A program made the translations under genes and the position numbers. From Zootoca vivipara (Eukaryota), in the NCBI RefSeq assembly GCF_963506605.1, contig NC_083282.1, positions 95,976,001 through 96,040,000 on the forward strand: a stretch of DNA of 64,000 bases. The letters run 5' to 3'. Positions 58,750-64,000 of this stretch are shown here, piece after piece; within the stretch, counting starts at the first letter, position 1; each line of letters opens with the position of its first letter. The notes below the pieces were generated by a model, which worked only from the letters and a program-made list of their open reading frames with translations, did not search any database and had not been told where the DNA came from.

Positions 58750-59847
58750 CGGCCGTCGAAGAACCTCTCAGTGCCGCTTTCTGGTGGCTCAGCGTGGAAC
58801 AGCAGCAACAGCACCTCCGGCTGCTTGGAGAGCGCCGACTTCCAGTACCTGCTCTTCCCCGTGGTTTACAGTCTGGTCTTTGCCTTGGGCCTGGCGGGGA
58901 ACCTCTTCGTTCTAGGCTACTTCTTCCGCACCAAGTCCGCCGCGGAGCCCGCCAACGTCTTTTTGGTGAACCTGGTCGCCATCGACCTGCTCTTCGTGCT
59001 AACGCTGCCCTTCCGCATTGCCTACCACGCGCTGCGCAATGACTGGGTCTTCGGCGAGGCGCTGTGCAAGATCACTGGCTGCCTCTTCTTCGCCAACCTG
59101 TACGGCAGCTCCCTCTTCCTGGCCTGTATCTGCCTGGAGCGCTACGTGGCCGTCGTGCACCCGCTGCGCCACCTCCGGCTCCGGCAGCTGCGGTACCGGG
59201 TGACGGCCGCCGTCGGGGTTTGGGCGGTGCTAGCCGCCGCCGTCCTGTACCTGGCGCTCCGCGGCCCGCTGACCAGCCGCTTCCCCGACGGCCGCACCGC
59301 TTGCTTGGAGAACTTCTCCTCCAGCTCCTGGCGGGGACGCATCTCCTCCGTCAGTCTCTTCGCCGCTGCCGTGGGCTTCCTGCTGCCGCTCTTCCTCATC
59401 GGCGTCTGCTACCCGCTCATTGCCTGGCGGCTGTTGGCCACTCCAGGAATGCAGCCTGGCTCACGAGCGGTGCGGCGCAAGGCGCTGCGCACGGTGCTAG
59501 TGGTGCTGGGCGTCTTTCTGGTTTGCTTCGCGCCGTATCACCTGGTGCAAGTGGTGCACACGTTGGGGCGCGCAGGCGTGCTGGGAGGCTGCCCGCTCAT
59601 TCGCGCCACCTACGTGGCCCGCCGGCTCACCATGGCCCTCACCAGCCTCAACGCCTGCCTCGACCCGCTCGTCTACTACTTCGCCGCCGAGCGCTTTGCC
59701 TGGAAGCCCGGTTGGTGGAAATGCTGCTGCTGCTGCTGCTGCCGGCTAGAAACCGCCCAGCCGTCCCTGCTGAGACTCCGCGGGTTTGTGGCCAGTAAGC
59801 AGGGGTCATCCTCGGGGGGAGAAAGCGCTCCCGGGACGGCGCAGTGA
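58750..59847 (+). CDS. Class A GPCR, P2Y/LPAR6-like orphan (main coding exon; ATG probably on an upstream exon, candidate 57332-57337)
   Basis: 7 TM with GN, DLLFVLTLP, W-FGEALCK, ERY, CLENFS, CFAPYH, LDPLVYYF; splice acceptor TTTTCCCAG ending at 58749; no in-frame ATG before TM1. Confidence 0.9.
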   Translation, partial: RPSKNLSVPLSGGSAWNSSNSTSGCLESADFQYLLFPVVYSLVFALGLAGNLFVLGYFFRTKSAAEPANVFLVNLVAIDLLFVLTLPFRIAYHALRNDWVFGEALCKITGCLFFANLYGSSLFLACICLERYVAVVHPLRHLRLRQLRYRVTAAVGVWAVLAAAVLYLALRGPLTSRFPDGRTACLENFSSSSWRGRISSVSLFAAAVGFLLPLFLIGVCYPLIAWRLLATPGMQPGSRAVRRKALRTVLVVLGVFLVCFAPYHLVQVVHTLGRAGVLGGCPLIRATYVARRLTMALTSLNACLDPLVYYFAAERFAWKPGWWKCCCCCCCRLETAQPSLLRLRGFVASKQGSSSGGESAPGTAQ

Positions 59848-61946
59848 GCTCTCCAGCAGATCGGTGATCGTCGGAGGTGCGACCGCGTGCTCCTCGGGCA
59901 TTCTGGCTGCGCGTTCGTGCGAGCGAAGTAGTTCCTCAGCCTTCGACAAGCATCCCATTTCTGACAAGCGTCCAGCATATTGATGACCAGTTAAACTGCC
60001 CTGGAGGAGGTCCCTTCGCCCTCTTCACGTTAAAGTGCTCATTTACACCCACAGCCCGTTCGTCGCAAGCACAGTGTGAGATGGGAATGTGGAAGGCAAA
60101 GAGAGGGAGAAGGAGAGGGCGGGGGAGAGAGAGTTCCCCTCCCTTGAAGGGGTTTCTAGAGCTGCTGCTGCGGGAGTTGGGGTTTCGCAGTTGGGACCTC
60201 TTCCGAAGTCTTTGTGGCAGGCAGACTTTAACAAGGTGCAGGTACTCCCTGCTTTCTATACACCAATTAGAGTAAAGGTAGGGAGGGGCTTCCACACCCA
60301 GGCAGAAGAAGGAGAAGAGAGCATCTTTTGCACGCAGAGGGGCCCAGCTTCAATTTCTGACGTTTCCAGGAAGGGCTGAGAGAGACCGTAGGCTGAAATC
60401 TGGAGTGCTGCTGCCAGTCAGCGCAGACAGCATTGAGCTAGATGGTCTGTCGAAAAATAAGGCAACCTTCTATCTTGCTAATGGATCGAAAAAAGAAGGA
60501 GTGCTGTATGGGCCTATGTACCCCTTTGCCTCACACCCTCCTCAGCATCTGATGCGGCCATTCTGCACATGCACAAACACACACAAATATGATGTCTGAA
60601 TGGCCAAGTTTGCCAGGGAACATCCCAACAGCCCTCATTGCCACTTGGCTGTGAGTGCAGGGGTAATAAGTGGAGGGGGGAGCCAGCAAAATGGGCGGGT
60701 GCTTCTAGGAAACAGTGTTAGTGTCAGAGTAATGCAGTTCAGGTAAGACACAGTATTCACATATTGCAAAGAAGATGGGGAGAGGGTTACAACATACAAT
60801 ATAGGTTGCTATAGGCATTGATTCTCTTGCTCCTGCCCAAATCTCTGTTTTTAGTCTAGAGCCTTTCCATTACAATACCAAAACAACAACTAGCTAAACA
60901 GCAAAAGATGTTAAATAACTTTATTTTGCCTGGGGGGGGGCAGAGTAAGTGGCAACACATTCTACAGAGTGGAACAGGTTGGTCTGGGAATCCCAAACCT
61001 GAAACTGTATTACAAGGCATTTTGGTTGAGACATGTTATACAGATAATTAGAGATGCAAAAGACCTTCCTTTGTGTTCAGCTTGATTCACTTCTTTGTGC
61101 TCCAGCATCAAGGCATTACTGCTTCTGAGCCCATCAAGGTCATTGATTTGGAAAAGTAGCCACCTTTTCCTCCACTCTGGTGGTATGGGGGAAAATGGAA
61201 TGCAGGCCTGTCCCTGGCTCCCTTCCAAAATTGTATTGTCCAGATAAATACAAACAATGTGACAGATGGTCTAAGGTACATAAAATATTTATTTGCTACC
61301 GTAGAATGTTTTACATTTCTCTTTAAACCCTACAGGTGTGGGATAAATGGCAATATACCCCTATCAATTGGTTTCAGCATTGCATTGGAGGGGCTGCAGT
61401 TCTGTGGTGACTGGGCTGCACATGTGGTGGGACTGCCCATCAGCAAAAGAATGTTGGGGAACGCTTCCCAAGAGTTGGGGAAACTACCCGTGTCCCCCCC
61501 CCCAGTTTTTGTTCTTGTTTGATCTTTAACCTAAGAAATCATAACAAGCTAGCATTATAATTTCATGGTGGCAGCTGGTTGGGGGCAAGACACTCCTAAA
61601 ATGTCTAAATTGGCCAGCATGACTAAGGCACTTCTGGCAAACCAGAGCTACAAACGGAAACACTGTTTACCTTCCTGCCAGAGTGGTACCTATTTATCCA
61701 CTTGCACTTTGAAGTGCTTTCGAACTGCTAGGTTGTCTAGGGTAGGCTTGTCTAAAAAGGAAGTTTTCAGCAGTCACCAAAAAGAGCACAGTGGCAGGGT
61801 CTGCTTGACATCAAGAGGCAGGGAGTTCGTAAGGGCAGGTGCTGCTGCACTAAACCATCAGCACCCATGAAAAACCCATCGCCCTGGTGGGAGCTCATCC
61901 TATTGCGGGGATTCAAACCGCCAACCTTCTGATTGGCAAGCCCTAG

Positions 61947-63527
61947 GCCTAAAGAATATGGAGCTGATGCGGACACAGAGCAATGGATTCAAACTACAAG
62001 AAAGAAGATTCCACCTAAACATTAGGAAGAACTTCCTGACAGTAAGAGCTGTTCAACAGTGGAATTTGCTGCCAATAAGTGTGGTGGAGTCTCCTTCTTT
62101 GGAGGACTTTAAGCAGAGGCTTGACAGGCATATGTCAAGAATGCTTTGATGGTGTTTCCTGCTTGGCAGAGGGTTGGACTAGATGGCCCTTGTGGTCTCT
62201 TCCAACTCTATGATTCTATGATTCAGCAGGGGAAACACAGCCCAGAATAAGTAAGGAGGTAATACAAGAATGCTTGGCTAATTTAGATGTATTCAAGTCT
62301 CCAGGGCCAGATGAACTACATCCAAGAGTATTAAAAGAACTAGCAGAGGTGATTTCAGAACCACTGGCAATAATCTTTGAGAATTCCTGGAGAACAGGTG
62401 AAGTCCCAGCAGACTGGAGGAGGGAAAATGTTGTCCCTATTTTCAAAAAGGGGGAAAGAGAGGACCCAAACAATTACCGCCCAGTCAGCCTGACATCAAT
62501 ACCAGGAAAGATTCTAGAGCAGATCATTAAGCAAACAGTCTGTGGGCACCTAGAAAGGAACGCTGTGATCACTAAAAGTCAGCATGGGTTTCTGAAAAAC
62601 AAGTCATGTCAGACTAATCTGATCACATTTTTTGACAGAATTACAAGCCTAGTAGATGAAGGGGATCCTGTGGATATAGCCTATCTTGATTTCAGCAAGG
62701 CCTTTGACAAGGTGCCCCATGATATTCTTGTAAAGAAGCTGGTAAAATGCGGGCTAGACAATGCTACCATTCAGTGGATTTGTAACAGGCTGACTGACCG
62801 AACCCAAAGGGTGCTCATCAATGGCTCCTCTTCATCCTGGAGAGTAGTGACTAGTGGGGTGCCACAGGATTCTGTCTTCGGCCCAGTCTTATTAAACATC
62901 TTTATCAATGACTCAGATGATGGGCTTGAGGGCATCCTGAGCAAGTTTGCAGACGACACCAAATTGGGAGGGGTGGCTAATACCCCGGAGGACAGAATCA
63001 CACTTCAGAATGACCTTAACAGATTAGACAACTGGGCCAAAGCAAAGAAGATGAATTTTAACAAGGAGAAATGTAAAGTACTACACTTGGGCAAAAAAAA
63101 TGAAAGTCACAAATACAGGATGGGAGACACCCGGCTTGAGAGCAGTACATGTGAAAAGGATCTAGGAGTCCTGGTAGACCACAAACTTGACATGAGTCAA
63201 CAGTGTGATGCAGCAGCTAAAAAAGCCAATGCAATTCTGGGTGAAAGGTTGTTTTCTGCTGCTCCAGAGAAGCGGACACGGAGCAATGGATTCAAACTAC
63301 AAGAAAGAAGATTCCACCTAAACATTAGGAAGAACTTCCTGACAGTAAGAGCTGTTTGACAGTGGAATTTGCTGCCAAGAAGTGTGGTGGTCTCCTTCTT
63401 TGGAGGTCTTTAAGCAGAGGCTTGACAGACATATGTCAAGAATGCTTTGATGGTGTTTCCTGCTTGGCAGGGGGTTGGACTGGATGGCCCTTGTAGTCTC
63501 TTCCAACTCTATGATTCTATGATTCTA
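61947..63527 (+). mobile_element. Young CR1 RT fragment with a CR1 3' end inserted at 61971-62224 and an internal ~300-bp deletion at ~63241
   Basis: ORF 62274-63359 (SPGPDELHPRVL...FADDTKL), near-identical to 17190-18819; two (ATTCTATG)n tails. Confidence 0.93.
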
Positions 63528-64000
63528 GGGTCCCAGCCTGCGTAGCAGATGGAGCTGGTAGACAGTCGTCCTGGACACAGAATTGACCTGCACCTCCATG
63601 GACAGCTGTGAGTCCAAAATGAGTCCTAGACTGCGCATCTGGTCATTCAGGGGCACAGTTACCCCATTCATTAGCCGCCATCCATCTTCCAACCGCCTCC
63701 AGGCACTCACACAAGGGTAAGGGACCTCTTGTACTGTAATTCTTTGAACTCTTCCATCATAGGCTCAGGTTTTTATGAAAATAAAACAAGTGTGTGCATA
63801 CAGAGTGAATGAGAGAGAAGCATATTAGAAAACAACAACAATTGAATTCCTCCAGTATTCCATTCCAAAATAATTTAACTTTGTCGCAGTGCCACCATAT
63901 ATGCACAAATGTCCCCACTTCTTTCTTGCACCTCCAACAGAGGTTGTCTTTAATTCTGTACATTTTATTTATTTTTACCAGTGTGAGGTACCACTTGTAA
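63528..64000 (-). mobile_element. L2 fragment (63528-63715) and L1 C-terminal fragment (to window end)
   Basis: LGLILDSQLSME; CWRCKKEVGTFVHIWWHC. Confidence 0.8.

Noticed and set aside
61010-61228. 72-aa minus-strand ORF near a minus-strand AATAAA (~60920)
   Set aside because: Could be the 3' end of a neighbouring gene, but no homology or splice structure was recognisable.

Overview
Vertebrate (squamate, most likely lacertid lizard, judging by Sauria/Squam-type SINEs, BovB, CR1 and Penelope) genomic DNA. It holds a compact GC-rich gene cluster syntenic with human 7q22.1: STAG3 (+, ~8885-35988), AP4M1 (-, 36304-42495), MCM7 (+, 42898-49924) and COPS6 (-, 50333-53391), followed by an orphan P2Y/LPAR6-like GPCR (+, ~57332-59847). 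Both ends of the window and STAG3 intron 7 are stacks of nested transposons. The most notable object is a very young full-length Tf1/sushi-type chromovirus LTR retrotransposon (27298-33080, -) in a STAG3 intron. It has apparently identical 428-bp LTRs, a GTTCC target-site duplication, an 11-nt self-priming PBS and a PEG10-type GGGAAAC -1 frameshift signal. Its chromodomain has lost two aromatic-cage residues and is followed by two tandem W-x-x-[IV]-F-(S/T/acidic)-FLGF motifs resembling host LEDGF-IBD/TND-interacting motifs, suggesting (inference) integration tethering by motif mimicry. Other points: the miR-106b~25 cluster is not visible in MCM7 intron 13, two Penelope-derived minimal hammerhead ribozymes are present, AP4M1 has a U12 intron, and STAG3 is rearranged tail-to-tail with AP4M1. 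Exon coordinates were read by eye and may be off by a few bases.
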